Positions 1-12,959 of a DNA stretch of 64,000 nt are shown in pieces; the stretch's first letter is position 1, and every line of letters starts with the position of its first letter. Where the stretch lies: contig NC_058135.1 in NCBI RefSeq assembly GCF_016433145.1, positions 296,086,205 to 296,150,204 on the forward strand, read 5' to 3'. The stretch is from Gracilinanus agilis. Its lineage: Eukaryota. A program made the translations under genes and the position numbers. The notes under the pieces were generated by a model. It was not told the origin of the DNA. It ran no database searches and worked only from the letters and a program-made list of their open reading frames with translations.

Positions 1-19
1 TTCTTTGTCTCTATTCCAA

Positions 20-1260
20 TCTGTCTTTCACGATGAGGTCCTAATGGGGAAAAGAAGTGAAAGTAATGCAAGAAGAAAATGGTTTTAAAATCAAAATTGG
101 TCAACTGAAAAAAGAGGCCAAAAAAATCCAAGGAAGAAAAGAGTTCCATGAAAAACAGAAGGGGGGCAGCTGGGTAGCTCAGTGGATGGAGAGCCAGGCC
201 TAGAGATGGGAGGTCCTGGGTTCAAATCCGGCCTCAGACACTTCCCAGCTGGGTGACCCTGGGCAAGTCACTTGACCCCCATGGCCCACCCTGACCACTC
301 TTCCACCCAGGAGCCAATACACAGAAGGGTTAAAAAAAAAAAAAAAAAAGAAAACAGAAGGGAACAAATGGAAAAGGAGAATCAAAAATGGAAGAAATTC
401 ATTCTTTAAATAATGGCCTCATCGGATTTGAACTAGATCATGCAGAGTGAAAACAGAAAGTAAGAAAGGACATGAAACGTCAGCATTTGGGGTTATATAT
501 AAAGAATCACTTTCTGGACAGAGCAGAGGGGAAGTGCTGTAAGAGGGAGGGAGAGGAGCTGGTGTTTGGAGTGGGAGGGCATACAATTAACCTGGATATT
601 CTCTTCAGAAACAAAAGAGCCGAGGCTCGGATGTCAACATGTCCCTCCATGTGCAGAGACTGTTCTCTTTTCATTATGAGCCTCCTTGCCTTGTCACTAA
701 GAGTTAAGTCATTAGTAATGGATCAATATATATTTCTGGCATTATCGCAGTAGTTAGACGTATACATATTCAGAGGGTGTGATATTAAGCTGTTTAAGAT
801 GATATAAAAAATCTAGGGGAGAAAAAGAGGACGTGAAATGGGAAGAGAAGTAAAATGGAGTAAATAATATCATATAAAAAGAGGGGGGAGGGGGAGGGGG
901 AACTACAGTGGAAGGGAGGATGAGAGTGGTGACAGGTAATACTTAAACTGCACTCTCATTGGAATTGGCTCAAAGAGGGAAGAACAGCCAGATTCATTGG
1001 GGTAAAGAATCCAGCCTCATCCTATAGAGAAATAGAAGGGGAATAAGAAAGGGAGTGGTGAGAAGGGGAGTCATATAAGGGAGGGAGAAGTTGGGGTAGG
1101 GGGTGATTAAAAGAGCCTGTAGAGAGATAGGGGGGAATAAGAAGTGTGCTGGTGGAAAGGGGAGTAATATAAGGGAGGGGGGAATGGAGAAGGGAAGAAT
1201 TTATGATCAAACAAGAGATAGAGAAGATTACAAGATGTAAAAGGAATAATTTTGATTATA
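20..1260 (+). mobile_element. Decayed L1 (ORF1 coiled-coil region and inter-ORF spacer), interrupted by a SINE
   Basis: A-rich, ORF1-like sequence flanks the SINE. A purine-rich spacer resembles the L1 spacer at 8200-8800. Confidence 0.55.
162..350 (+). mobile_element. SINE1_Mdo-type CORE-SINE
   Basis: Full length with A tail. TSD AAAACAGAAG. Confidence 0.95.
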
Positions 1261-1389
1261 TTAAATTTAAAAGGTTTTATACAGAGACTGACTACTTTGT
1301 GAAACTGAAATACCCTTAAATCTAATCTTCACTTCAAACTGCAAACAAGTCAAGGCATCACCACCCCATGACATAATTGGTCCTCTTTA

Positions 1390-2960
1390 TTTTTTAAACT
1401 AAATTAAATTTTCCTTAATTATATGTAAAGAACAATTTCCAATATTTTGAAAAGAATTCTGAGCCTCAAATTCTCTCCCCTCCCTTCCCTCCTACTGATT
1501 TGGTAAACAATCTGATATAGATTTTACATGTCCAATCATGTGAAACTTTTTTTTTTTCCATATTAATCCATTGGTGGAAGGAAACTCAACTAAAAATTTA
1601 AGAAAAAGTGAAAAAAAGTTTGCTTTGATCTGGATTCAAATTCCACCACTTCTTTCCCTGGAAGCAGATGACATGTTTTACTAAGAGTCCTTTGGAATTG
1701 TTTTGGATCATCCTATTGTTGAGAATAGCTAAATGATTCACAGTTGTTCATAGAAAAGTATTGCTATCACCATGTACAATGTTCTTCTGGTTCTGCTTAC
1801 TTCACTCTGCTTCAGTTCATGTAAGTCTTTCTGGTTTTTTTCCGAGTTCCTCCTGCTCATCATTTCTTGTAGCACAATAGTATTCCATACAAGGATATAC
1901 CAAATGTTATTCAATAATTCTTTATTAAATGGTATCCCTTCACTTTCCAATTTCTTGTTCCCACAAACAAAATTGTTTTAAATAATTAGGTCCTTCCATT
2001 TTTTAAAATTTCTGTGCATTTATTTCTATTTATTTTTCTTTTCATTCCTCAATTGGAAATTGAGGGGTTGCACATAAATTGAGGAATGGCTACACAAGCA
2101 GTGATATTTGATTTTAATGAAATACTATTGTGCAATCAAAAGAGGAAGCAGGATGATTTCAGAAATACAAACCTAGTAATGGTGTTGCTGAGTCTAACAG
2201 CCTTTTGGACCTAGGTTTGAATTGCTCTCCAGAATGGTTGAATCAGTTCACAACACCCCCAACAATGCATTAGTATCTCAACTTTCCCATATGCTTTCTA
2301 ACTTTTGTCATTTTCTTTTCCTTTTGTAATAGTCAATCTGATTAGTGTGTGGTGAGACCTGAGTTGTTTTAATTTGCATTTCCTTAGTGATTTTAAAGCA
2401 TTTTTGCATGATAACAGAAAGCTTTAATTACTTTGTCTCAGAACTGCCCGTTCATGTTCTTTGACTTTTTATTGACTGGGAGGGGGTGCCTTGTATTCTT
2501 ATATTTTTTGACTCATTACTCTTATGTATTTGACAAATGAGGCCTTTATTAAAGAGACATAAATGTTTTTACCATTGTAATCACTGCGCCTTACTCTCTA
2601 GCCTATCCCCTCCATTTATCCTTTTCACTCTCCTTTCATTTTATCCATTCTAAAAGTTTACAGCTTCTGATCCCCACATTCCCCAATACTGCTCTATTTA
2701 ACTTCTCCCTGCATTAGTTCATAAGTATTTCCCCAGCTTTCACTGAAACCATTCCTTTCCTCATTTCTTATGGCACTATTTTATTCTCTTACATTTTTAT
2801 GTCACAATTAGCTGAGCCATTTCCCTGATTACTGGGCACCTCCTTAGCTTCCATTTCTTTGATTCTCTAAGAAAAGCTATCATCAATATTTTAGAGAATA
2901 ATAATATTATTCTCTAAGAAAAGTTATCATCAATACCATCAATATGGATCCTTTCCTCCC
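1390..2960 (-). mobile_element. L1 3' end (ORF2 C-terminus and 3' UTR) fragments
   Basis: Contains TGTACAATGTTCTTCTGGTTCTGC and GAATTGCTCTCCAGAATGGTTGAATCAGTTCACA, typical antisense marsupial L1 3' motifs. Confidence 0.85.
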
Positions 2961-3374
2961 TCCTTTGATCTTTGCAGAACAGTCCTGGTAGTGGCCTTGC
3001 TTCCCGGAATGAGTAGATCAACAGAAAGCTTCCCCAAGAGCGGAGGGCGTGTTCAACAATCCCCCGGGTCTGATTAGACAATGATGTTCCACTGGAGCCT
3101 CTTGATAAAACTTATCTGTTTTCAGTTTCCTCAGGATTTCCAGAACAGAGAACACAAAGGCATCTCCAGATCAATTTATCTAGCTGGGCCCCATTTCTTC
3201 ACATCAGATCTATGCCATCTGCCATGGGGGAAATTGGGGAGTCACCCCTTCTCACTCCTAGAGATTGTGGTCAATGTTAGCAGTCTGGGTTTTCCAGTGA
3301 GATGTGGGTACTCAGTCCTACTCCCCTCCATAATCCCTTCCAAAATGTCTCCCAGAAATAATGAAGGGAACCAT

Positions 3375-3826
3375 TTCAGTAAAATTTTGGAAAGTTTATA
3401 AGAACTGATTCAAAGAGAAGTGAACAGAACAAAGAGAAAAAATTATACACTAGCAACGCTTAAAGATAACTTTGAAAGATGTAAGAACTCTAACTCGGAT
3501 AGGCAAAACTCTGGAGGAGTCCAGCGATGACAAAGACTACCTACATTCTAACAGAGAGATGATGGACTCAAAGACATTTTTTGGATGTAGTCAATAAGGA
3601 AATTACTTTTGCTAGAGCAAATCTATTTGTTACAAGAGTTGTTTTTCTTTTCTTTTGTTTTTTTCTTTCCCAATTGTATCCGATCAGAACAGAAAGGAGG
3701 GGGAAAGGCTTTTTAACTGATTTTTATTTAAAAAGAAGACTACTGAGTGAGTCTCTTTAAGCTATTATTTATATTGTAGGGAAGGGGAGTGTATCTAGGA
3801 AAAAATGATATAAAAGACAAAGATGG
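3375..3826 (+). mobile_element. Old L1 3' UTR fragment
   Basis: Contains GAACTGATTCAAAGAGAAGTGAACAGAACAAAGAG, homologous to the other L1 3' copies. Confidence 0.6.
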
Positions 3827-3827
3827 A

Positions 3828-4021
3828 GGGGGCAGCTGGGTAGCTCAGTGGATTGAGAGCCAGGCCTAGAGACGGGAGGTCCTAGGTTCAAATCCGGCCT
3901 CAGACACTTCCCAGCTGTGTGACCCTGGGCAAGTCACTTGACCCCCATTGCCTACCCTTACCACTCTTCCACCTATCAGTCAATACACAGAAGTTAAGGG
4001 TTTAAAATACAAAAAAAAAAA
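3828..4021 (+). mobile_element. SINE1_Mdo-type CORE-SINE
   Basis: TSD AAAAGACAAAGATGG. Confidence 0.95.
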
Positions 4022-4617
4022 AAAAGACAAAGATGGCAATAAAAATATTTAATAAAATAAAATATGATCAAATGCCCAATAACATAAAAAAAGAATCCCT
4101 CTGATTTTCCTAAATGAACTTTGGATCATTCTGAAAAGAGAGACAGAAGTCAATTTCATTGCTGGACAGTCCACTCTAATTCCAGTTTAATCTTCTTTTT
4201 AGAAACAGATCCTATCCAGTTAGTTCCACAGAACCTCATATCGCTATGACTTCACTGCTTCATGTCCCTTTTAAATCTCCAGATATGAACTGAATAACTT
4301 CAGTTCTTCATTTTTAAAAAATTTCTCTAATTCCTTTAGATATTGAGAATGGAAAGGTCTTAGAATCTATTCCTCTTTCCCTGGTTTGGGATATGTGAGC
4401 TCACTGCTTGAAATAGTTTATCCCTACCACTAACGGATCCCCATGCACATTCTCATGGAGCCATGAGACATAAGAGACATGGAGAGGTACGGAGATAATT
4501 CCCCTGAGAGGACACTTTTCACTAATTCTGAGCTCCAACTGGTCAGTTTTACTATACCAAAAGCCACAGCAACTTTTCCAAGCTCTTAATACTTGCACTT
4601 CATTTCACATCAAATAC

Positions 4618-4809
4618 TCTTTTTTTTTTTTTTTAACCCTTGTACTTCGGTGTATTGTCTCATAGGTGGAAGATTGGTAAGGGTGGGCAATGGGGGTCAA
4701 GTGACTTGCCCAGGGTCACACAGCTGGGAAGTGGCTGAGGCCGGGTTTGAACCTAGGACCTCCCGTCTCTAGGCCTGACTCTCACTCCACTGAGCTACCC
4801 AGCTGCCCC
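4618..4809 (-). mobile_element. SINE1_Mdo-type CORE-SINE
   Basis: TSD TCACATCAAATA. Confidence 0.95.
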
Positions 4810-5649
4810 TCACATCAAATAAGCTTACGGACAGCCCTACATCCAGACAGAAGAGCCACACTTCCAGGTCAGTCTCCCCAGGTCTGACTTTTCTTCAGGA
4901 TGGGTTTATCCCTTCTATCCCGGAGGTTTCTTTGTTACTCTTTGGGATTGTGGTGAGTAGAGTAATCAAGGTGTGGGTTCCCAGGATTTGGGGAGACAAT
5001 TCTAAGGGAATCATGGAGAAATGAAGAAGTGCTTCTTCTCTTCCCTTCCCCACTCTCTTAGCTCAGCATTAGTTCCCTTTACATTAACTTCTTTGTATCC
5101 TCTATTTCAACTGTCCTTCCTTCTCTCTGTGCATGTAGAGGACAAGACCAATTAGTTTAGCAGGATGGGTGAAAGAGTCACTCTCAGCTCATGGTAAAAA
5201 GCTGAATAATCTGAATGGAGGGGGTCATTTTACAGATATCAGTCTTCAGCAGAACGTGTAGACAAAATTTATATCTGGTTCCTCTCTTCCCTTACGCATT
5301 TCAGGAATCTGTTTAACAACGCTGTCTATCTTTTTAAAATTATAAAAATTTAAGAGTTTGCAAAGGGTTTGGTGACACTTTCACACAATTCAGACATCCC
5401 TTTTATGCCCTATAAATCCCACAGCTCTCTCTTGGGCCTCCCTCATCTCATGGGGGAGGGGAGGGGGGGAGTAATCATTAATGACAAGGCTAGTACTGTA
5501 GAGCAAGAGTTGGCATGGACCTCGGAGGAGATGAATGATTCTCAATCCATATCAACTCTTTTTTTAGTAATAATTACATGTCTTTCAAGATTGTTCACAA
5601 AAATTCTATTACCATTATAAAGCATTACCATCGTAGTGTACAAAAGGGC

Positions 5650-5840
5650 AGCACTTCAGTATTTAAAAGGCTGACAATTGGAAGATGGATCAGTCTTGGA
5701 CTTCTTGACTCCAAAAGGTAGAACACAAAGAGGAATGGTTAGAATTTACTAAAATAAAATTGTGGCTTGCTATCAGGAAACACTTGCCAACAATGTTTCT
5801 ACTCTCTTCTACTCTGGAACATAGTAGATTCCCCCTCATT
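5650..5840 (+). mobile_element. L3/CR1 3' fragment
   Basis: Contains CTTCAGTATTTAAAAGGCTG...GGAAGATGGATCAGTCTTG, resembling the L3 3' region. Confidence 0.5.
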
Positions 5841-6055
5841 TCTTAGCTTTAGTCTAATCTCAGTTATCCACTTGGTGGAAATATATTGGAGTGGTTTTTT
5901 TCTATGTGTGGATTAGACTAAGCGTTGTGGGTGCCCTTCTGAAATTACAATTCCAGTTTTCTGAAATAGAAACATGAAATTATTTTCTTTTTAGAGTTTA
6001 CTGATGTTGCTTTATTGCTGAGATTCCGTCTTCTACGTATTCATCCAAAAGATCT

Positions 6056-6868
6056 TTCGGAGAAAAAGGATCTGTTACTGGGATCTTCAGGTTCTTCAAA
6101 CAATTTCAAATGCCCAGTGCAGAGTACAGACGCCCTCGTGTCGCACGGTCCAATTGTCCCTTTACTGCTTCTTTCCACAAACTGTTGGGATGAAAATCTG
6201 CTGCCAAGATGACTTCAGTCAGCACTTCCACATTGGTAGGTTTGATATCCACAATATTCAAACTTCTGGCCATAATCTCAAGGTGCCAAAGATTAATTGG
6301 CAAATCATCTGTAGATAGATAACTTTCATAATCACTTCTGACAGAGATGGATTTGATGTGATACGGCTGCGCGGTGGCAAATATTCTCCTTGGTCTCGCC
6401 TCGACCATCAGAACCATGGGGCTGAACACTGGCACTCGTCCTGTAGTAACTGTTGTAGGATCTCCAGGCCGACCATCTTCTTCCTTCAAGTTCTTTGGTC
6501 TCTTTCAGATATTTGCCTTAACATTGTGGTTTTATCATTGGTAGATGATAAAAATTGAGCAGCATTTTTCTGAGGACACCACTTCATCTTGGTGATCTTT
6601 TCTACAAATTCTAAACTTTTCAAGTGGTCAAACTCAGGTTCGTGGCTCCGGAAGGTGCCGTAAACATCATATTCTCCTCTGCTGTGTGTTTGGATTTTGT
6701 CCTCCTGCTCCTGTTGGAAGATGACGTCTCTACCTCCTTCATCTCCTGTTGCTAGCGGTTCTCCAGAATGCTTAAATTCTGATGTAGAAATTATATCTGC
6801 TTCTGCCACATCATCAGTAACTGCCCCTTTCAACCTGAGAAAAACACCATTTCTTCCTCCAGCTCCTG
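6056..6868 (-). pseudogene. PPP2R2A: Processed pseudogene of PP2A regulatory subunit B55-alpha, frameshifted and 3'-truncated
   Basis: Intronless translation includes [51 protein letters not shown] and [16 protein letters not shown]. Deletion frameshifts occur near 6490, 6170 and 6845. The KIQ, QKNAAQ and DPTTVTT residues favour the A paralog. Confidence 0.93.
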
Positions 6869-6964
6869 AAGGTCCCTCTGGACTGGCCAGGCTCTCTCTG
6901 AGCCCCACCCCAGCAGCATCTGTGGCTGAGGTGGGGGGTGGGGGGGAGAGGAGACCAGCAGCAA

Positions 6965-7017
6965 AAATTAATAATAATAATAACAACAACAATAATAATA
7001 CATTTATTTATTTATTT
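6965..7017. repeat. (AAT)n(AAC)n(AAT)n and (ATTT)n low-complexity tract
   Basis: Directly visible. Confidence 0.9.
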
Positions 7018-7129
7018 GAAGGTTAAAAAAAGGAAAGAAAAACTTTTTTTAAGACTGCTGACATATGAACATGAAGATATACAACTTTAAGATAAGATGG
7101 TGGTAGTTCATAAGCAACCTTGTAATTTT

Positions 7130-7470
7130 TTAAGCAAATATTTCCTTAGGTGAGCAAAATTCTCTCCCTCTCTTCCCCTCTCCTAGAGATGGCATGCAAT
7201 CTGATACACATGTGCAATAATGTAAAATATTTTCCTATATTAGTCATTTTATAGAAAAATTAGTCATTCAATCAAAAAATGGAGAAAGTGAAATAAAGTT
7301 TGTATCAGTCTGTATTCACACTCCATCAGTTCTTTTTCTGGGAGTAGATGGCATTTTTCATCACGGAGTCCTTTGAAATTGTCTGTATTGCTAAGAGTAG
7401 CTAAGTCATTGACAATTGTTCAACAAATATTGCTGTTACTGTATACAGTGTTCTCCTGGTTCTGTAATTA
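7130..7470 (-). mobile_element. L1 3' UTR fragment
   Basis: Contains CTGTATACAGTGTTCTCCTGGTTCTG and is homologous to 1500-1800. Confidence 0.75.
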
Positions 7471-8355
7471 GCCAAATGGAAAAGGAGGTACAAGTGCTTA
7501 GTGAAGAAAATCATGTCTAAAAATTAGAATTGAGCAAGTCAAAGCTAATGACTTCATAAGACATCAAGAAACAATCAAATAAAGACAAAAGAATGAAAAA
7601 ATAGAAGAAAATGTAAACTATCTCATTGGAAAAACAACTGACCTGGAAAATAAATCCAAGAGAGATAATCTAAGAAGTATTAGACTACCTGAAAGCATAA
7701 TCAAAAAAAGAGCTTAGACATCATCTTTCAAGAAAGTATCAAGGAAAACTGCCCTGATAGTCTAGAATCAAAGGATAAAAGAGGAATGGAAAGTCCACTG
7801 AACACCTCTGGAAAGAGATCCCAAAAGGATAACTCCAGGAATATTATAACCAAATTCTAGAACTCCCGGGTCAAGGAGAAAATATTTAAAGCAGCCAGAA
7901 AGAAACAATTCAAATATCGTGGAGTCACAGTCAGGATAATAGAAGATTTAGTAGCTTCCCCATTAAAGAATTTTAGGGCCTGGAATATGATATTCCAGAT
8001 GACAAAGGAGCTAGGATTTCAACCAAGAATGACTTACCCAGCAAAACTGGGCATAATCATTCAGGGAAAAAATGGGTATTCAATGAAATAGAGGACTTTC
8101 AGACATTCCTGATGAAAAGATCAGAGCTAAATGGAAATTTTGACTTTCAATTCAAGACTCAAGAGAATAATAAAATGGTAAAAAGGGAAAAAAATCAAAA
8201 GACATTCAGTTAGGTTAAAATTCATCCCTCCTTGGGAAGATGATATGTGTAATTCCTAAGAACTTTATCATTATTAGAGCAGTTAGAAGGGAAATACTTA
8301 GAAGGCAAAGGTGTGAGTTGAATATAATGGGATGATATCTAAAAAAAATTAAATG

Positions 8356-8495
8356 GACGGGAGGTCCTAGGTTCAAAGCTGGCCTCAGACACTCCCCAGC
8401 TGTGTGACCCTGGGCAAGTCACTTGACCCCCATTGCCCACCCTTACCACTCTTCCACCTAGGAGCCAATACACAGAAGTTAAGGTTTTAAAAAAA
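8356..8495 (+). mobile_element. 5'-truncated SINE1_Mdo-type
   Basis: TSD AAAAAAATTAAAT. Confidence 0.9.
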
Positions 8496-9075
8496 TTAAA
8501 TTAAGATGCATTGGAAGGTGGGAGAAAGAAGAAATAGAATGGATTAACTTATAATAAAAGAGACATTAAAGGGGAGGGGGATATCAGGAGGATAACACTT
8601 GAATCTTATTCTCATCAGAACTGGCTTAAAGAGAGAAGAACATACACAATCAAGTGGGTATAGAAATTTATTTTACCCTACATGAAAGTAGGAGGAGAAG
8701 AGGATAAGGGAAGGAGTGGGGCTGACAGAAAAAAGGACAAATTGGGACATGTGGTGCTCAGAAGCTAAACATTTTTGAGGATGGACAGAATGAAAGGAGA
8801 GAGGAAAGGATAAACAAGGGATGAAATAAGATATAAAGTAATACATAGTAATCATAATGGTGAAAAAATTTTATAATAAATTTCTTTAATGAAAACCTCA
8901 TTTTTAAATATGTAAAGAAATAACTTGAATGTATAAGAATGCAAATCATTCTCCAATTGATTAATGATCAAAGGATATAAATGAGAAGTTCTCAAAGTAA
9001 TTAAAACTATTGTTATGTGAAAGAATGCTCGAAATCATTATTAATTGGAGAAATGCAAACTGAAACAACTCTGAG

Positions 9076-9077
<2 letters not shown>

Positions 9078-9127
<50 letters not shown>

Positions 9128-9143
9128 TGAGAGAGAGAGAGAG
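9078..9143. repeat. (GA)n microsatellite
   Basis: Directly visible. Confidence 0.97.
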
Positions 9144-12100
9144 ATTTGGCTATTATGACAGGAAAGGAAAATTATAAAACTTGGAAGGAATGTGGGAAAA
9201 TTGAGACATTAATGTGCCATCAGGGGAACTGTGAACTGAATTAACCATTCTGAAGAGCAATTTGAACCTATATCCAAAGGACTATGAAATAATGCATGCC
9301 CTTTTACCCAGCAATACCATTGCTAGGCTAGTGTCCCAAAAATATTTTTAAGAAAGGAAGGGGCAGGACCTATATGTGCAGGGATATTTAGAGCAGCTCT
9401 ATTGGGCAGGGGGGAGGTAAAAAATTAGAAAGTGAGAGGATGCCCATCAATTAAGAAATAACTGAGTTATAGTATATGATTGTGAGAAAATACCATAGTG
9501 CTATAGGAAACGATGAGTAGAAAGAACTTGGGAAAAGCCTGGAAAGATATATATGAACTGAAGCAGAATGAAGTAAGTAGAACCCAGAGAACATTGTACA
9601 CAGAGAAAGCAATACCGTGCCATGAGAAATTGTCAATAACTTAGCTATTCTCAGCAATATGATGATCCAAAACAATTCCATGATAAAAATGCCATCTGCT
9701 TCCAGGGACAGAATTAATGGAGTCTAGATGAAAACCAAAACAGATATTTTTCACTTTCTTAATTTTTTTTTGTTTTGTTCAAGCTTTCTTCCACAAAAGG
9801 ATTAATATGGGAAAATGTTTTACATGATCACACGTGGAATTAATATCAGATTGCTTACCATGGTGGGTAGGGAGGAGGAAAGGGGGAATTCAAAATTCAA
9901 GACTCAAAATTCTTTTTAAAATGTTGGAAACTGTTTTTATGTGTAATGGGGAGAAGAGGAATAAAATAAGGTTCCCCCAAAATGAAATGGGCTACCATTT
10001 ATATGAAAACCTAGGTCATTCTTTCCCACCAATGTACTCAATATCCATAGGGAAAAGGTAGACATTTAAAATAAGAGCCTGGTTGGGAAGCAGATGAGGG
10101 AGGAAAATCCTTTTTTTTTAAGTACCTCACAAGAGCAACTACATGGTGCAGGGGATAGAGGGCTGAGTCTGGAATCTGAAAGATCTGAATTTAAATCTGG
10201 TCTCAGCCATTTACTAGCAGTGTGACCCTGGAAAAGTCACTTTACAGTATTTGCCTCTAAAGAAAGATTTTTTAAACCCTTAAAAAACAACAGAATTATG
10301 GAGGGAGGAAAAGGAAGTTTGAAAAAATAAATTACCTCACAAATAACTGAACCAATTCCTCGATTATTAACATGCTTCCACTACATCATACCAATCCCAT
10401 CCCACGGTTCCAAATCCTATGTTGCCATCATTAAAAGACCATCCTCCATCTCCCGCTTACCACTCATTCTCACTTTAGAAAGACTTCTACTCACATTAAG
10501 AGGTGACCTATTTTGAGCTCTCCTTTATGAAGCAATGTAAATTGACTGAGCTTGGAAATGCCATTTGAACATAAAGAGTTGAGGCTTTCTCTAACTGGCA
10601 ATAGTGAGCACTATAAGTCATGGAGCGAGCAGAGAAACCCTTTCAAGTGCTTCAGATATTTCTGAATAGACTGAGAACATCAAAGCCTTAGATCTCAGAT
10701 TGGGAAGTGCCTGAAATGAAAGACATTTTCTCCCTCATGGGCTTCCCAGCCAGGATCCTATAAACGCCTGCTTCCATGTCCCATGGATGTTGAATGCCCT
10801 GATGAGTGAGGAAGACCTCGCTGGACTTGCCGGGTAAGAAGAGGCAAGTCAAAGGAGAGAATAAGTAAATAGTAGCACATATATGGGAAGGGGTGTGTGT
10901 GGTCCTTGAAGAGGCTGAGTGTGAGCATAACAGGGTTCCTTTCTATTTTAACAAATCATTCTTAAGAAGAGCAGTATGGTTGATACTGTCGTTAGATGAT
11001 TTCAAACCTGAATTCTCAGGCACAAAAAAATTGTCATCAATCCTTTGTCATCGACATGGTAAGAAGCGACCAATGAAGGGTACAGGGACATCTGCTTCAC
11101 CTAGGATCTTTATAATTTTTATTAAAAGCTTCAAGACATATCTCACACTTTAAAATGTTGGGCAACACAAAGGTGGGCAACAGTCAACATTCTAAGGAGA
11201 ACAACAGGTTCTAGAACCATCTTTAAAACCTAAAAATTGGGGGCAAAAGTTGAGGAGAGCTAGGCTCCCATGAACGGGACCCTCAGACATTGATTTGGCT
11301 CGTTCTCCTGCTCTACTTAGTGGATGTGGGAGGTATGTTGTGATATTGTCTGTTCTTCTCTACACCCGGTTCTTATTGGGTTCTCACATGTGATCTTCAG
11401 ACAGGGTTTAGGGGAAGAAATGAGCAGGCAGGCAGAAGAATGGGGAGATTCAGAAAATGAAGCAATGCTTAAGGAGACCTTAAAGGCCCTCATCTTGTGT
11501 CCAGGAAAGACTCCAAATCCTTTCTTTAATCCTTAACAGTGTTCAAAGAGGCTGAGCTTGGAGTGAGCCCACGGCCACACTGACCCCTCTGTCCTACTTC
11601 TGGGATTCTGTCTGTCTGAGACAGGCTAGAAAATCAAGCAAAGGCTGATGAGAGAGGTAGGAAAGAGAAAAATCAGAGAATGATCTCTTTAGGGCCCATG
11701 CCATCCTGGAAAAGAAAAATGGCAGAATCTTCCCACAGAGGCTTTCTTAAACTGCTACACATTGGGCAACCCCACAGTTAACCTCCCTGGACTGTGAAGG
11801 CAAAGATAAAACAATACAATATGATTCCACCTGGGGGAAATGGCTTTAGTGCCTCTCTGTTCCAATCAATGTCTGAAAAAGAATCCCCTCTTTAAGATAC
11901 TTGACAGATGACCCTCTAATCATGCCCTAAGAATCCCCATTTCAACCTTTCCAATCCCCAGAAATAGTCATTTCATCTTCCCTGAGTTTCTTCTTCTCTA
12001 AGCAACACCTCCCCGTTTTCTTCAGTCTTTGTCTTATTCGAGTCACTCCATGTCTACTGATGATGTTAGGATTCAGAGGAGACACATCTGTCATCTCTGC

Positions 12101-12818
12101 AATAGAATTAAGCAACTCTTCCTGGTTTGGTCCTTTATTACTCATCCCTATTAACTTTTTTCTCTTGACTCCCATGTTTGAACTCCAGAGTTTCTAAAGA
12201 GCCCAGGTCTATTTTTTAATCAGAATTGCTTGGAAGTGTGAGGATATATGAATAAACCTAAAGACAAATTGGATCCACTGAGGAAAAGCTGCCTTAAAGA
12301 CATGTTTATGAGCTTGCTTGAAGATTTCTTTGGCAGGGCCAGAATCTCAGAATAGTAGCTCAAAAAGTACTGTCTAGCTATAGCCAAAACAAGACACCTC
12401 CCGAAAGCTCCCTTCATAATAATCCTTGAGTTGGTCATTGTTTTACTGACCAAAGAAGCTTCTGTAATGTCATGGCCAAATGAGCCAGACTCTCTTTTGC
12501 CCTAATTCCTGTGCACCCTCCTCAAGTTACTGTCAATATTCCTCAGTTGCTGGAGTTTGTGTAAATGCCTTACAAATGTTTTGGTTAAAGTCTTTTCATA
12601 AACAATTTTCTGTGAGAAAGTTACACCCCTAAGAATGACGTAATGCTTAAGAGCTTATGATTGGTCAACGATGCGGTCATGTTCTTTTTATTTGTTAGAG
12701 AAAACTTTTATATATATATATATATAGGAATGGATTCTCAATATAATTTGAACTTGTGGCAGACTCCTTGTTCTGCTCGGGCCTATCAATCTATCATTGG
12801 AACTCCTGCCTGTCCATC

Positions 12819-12842
12819 TGTGTGTGTGTGTGTGTGTGTGTG
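12819..12842. repeat. (TG)n microsatellite
   Basis: Directly visible. Confidence 0.97.
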
Positions 12843-12959
12843 AATCTTTCACTCTTGTTTGCTCGAGCTGGTTCTCGGGAGGCCTGGAACTCTATTTTTC
12901 TCGCCGCCCCTTCACTGTCGGGGCCTAGTATGGAAGTCCTCTATTTCATTAAAAATCTC

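Larger units (their letters stand above)
7470..9960 (+). mobile_element. L1 pieces: ORF1, spacer, and ORF2 C-terminus plus 3' UTR (internally deleted, contains a SINE and a GA repeat)
   Basis: ORF1 motifs DLENKSKRDNLRSIRLPE and YPAKL. The 3' portion has GACCCAGCAATACCA-like and GAACATTGTACACAG motifs. Confidence 0.9.

Noticed and set aside
162-250. tRNA-like heads with A and B boxes (many copies)
   Set aside because: They are the tRNA-derived 5' ends of CORE-SINEs, not tRNA genes.
4401-4598. KRAB-B-like SKTDQLE string
   Set aside because: Too weak; no KRAB-A exon or zinc-finger array in the window.
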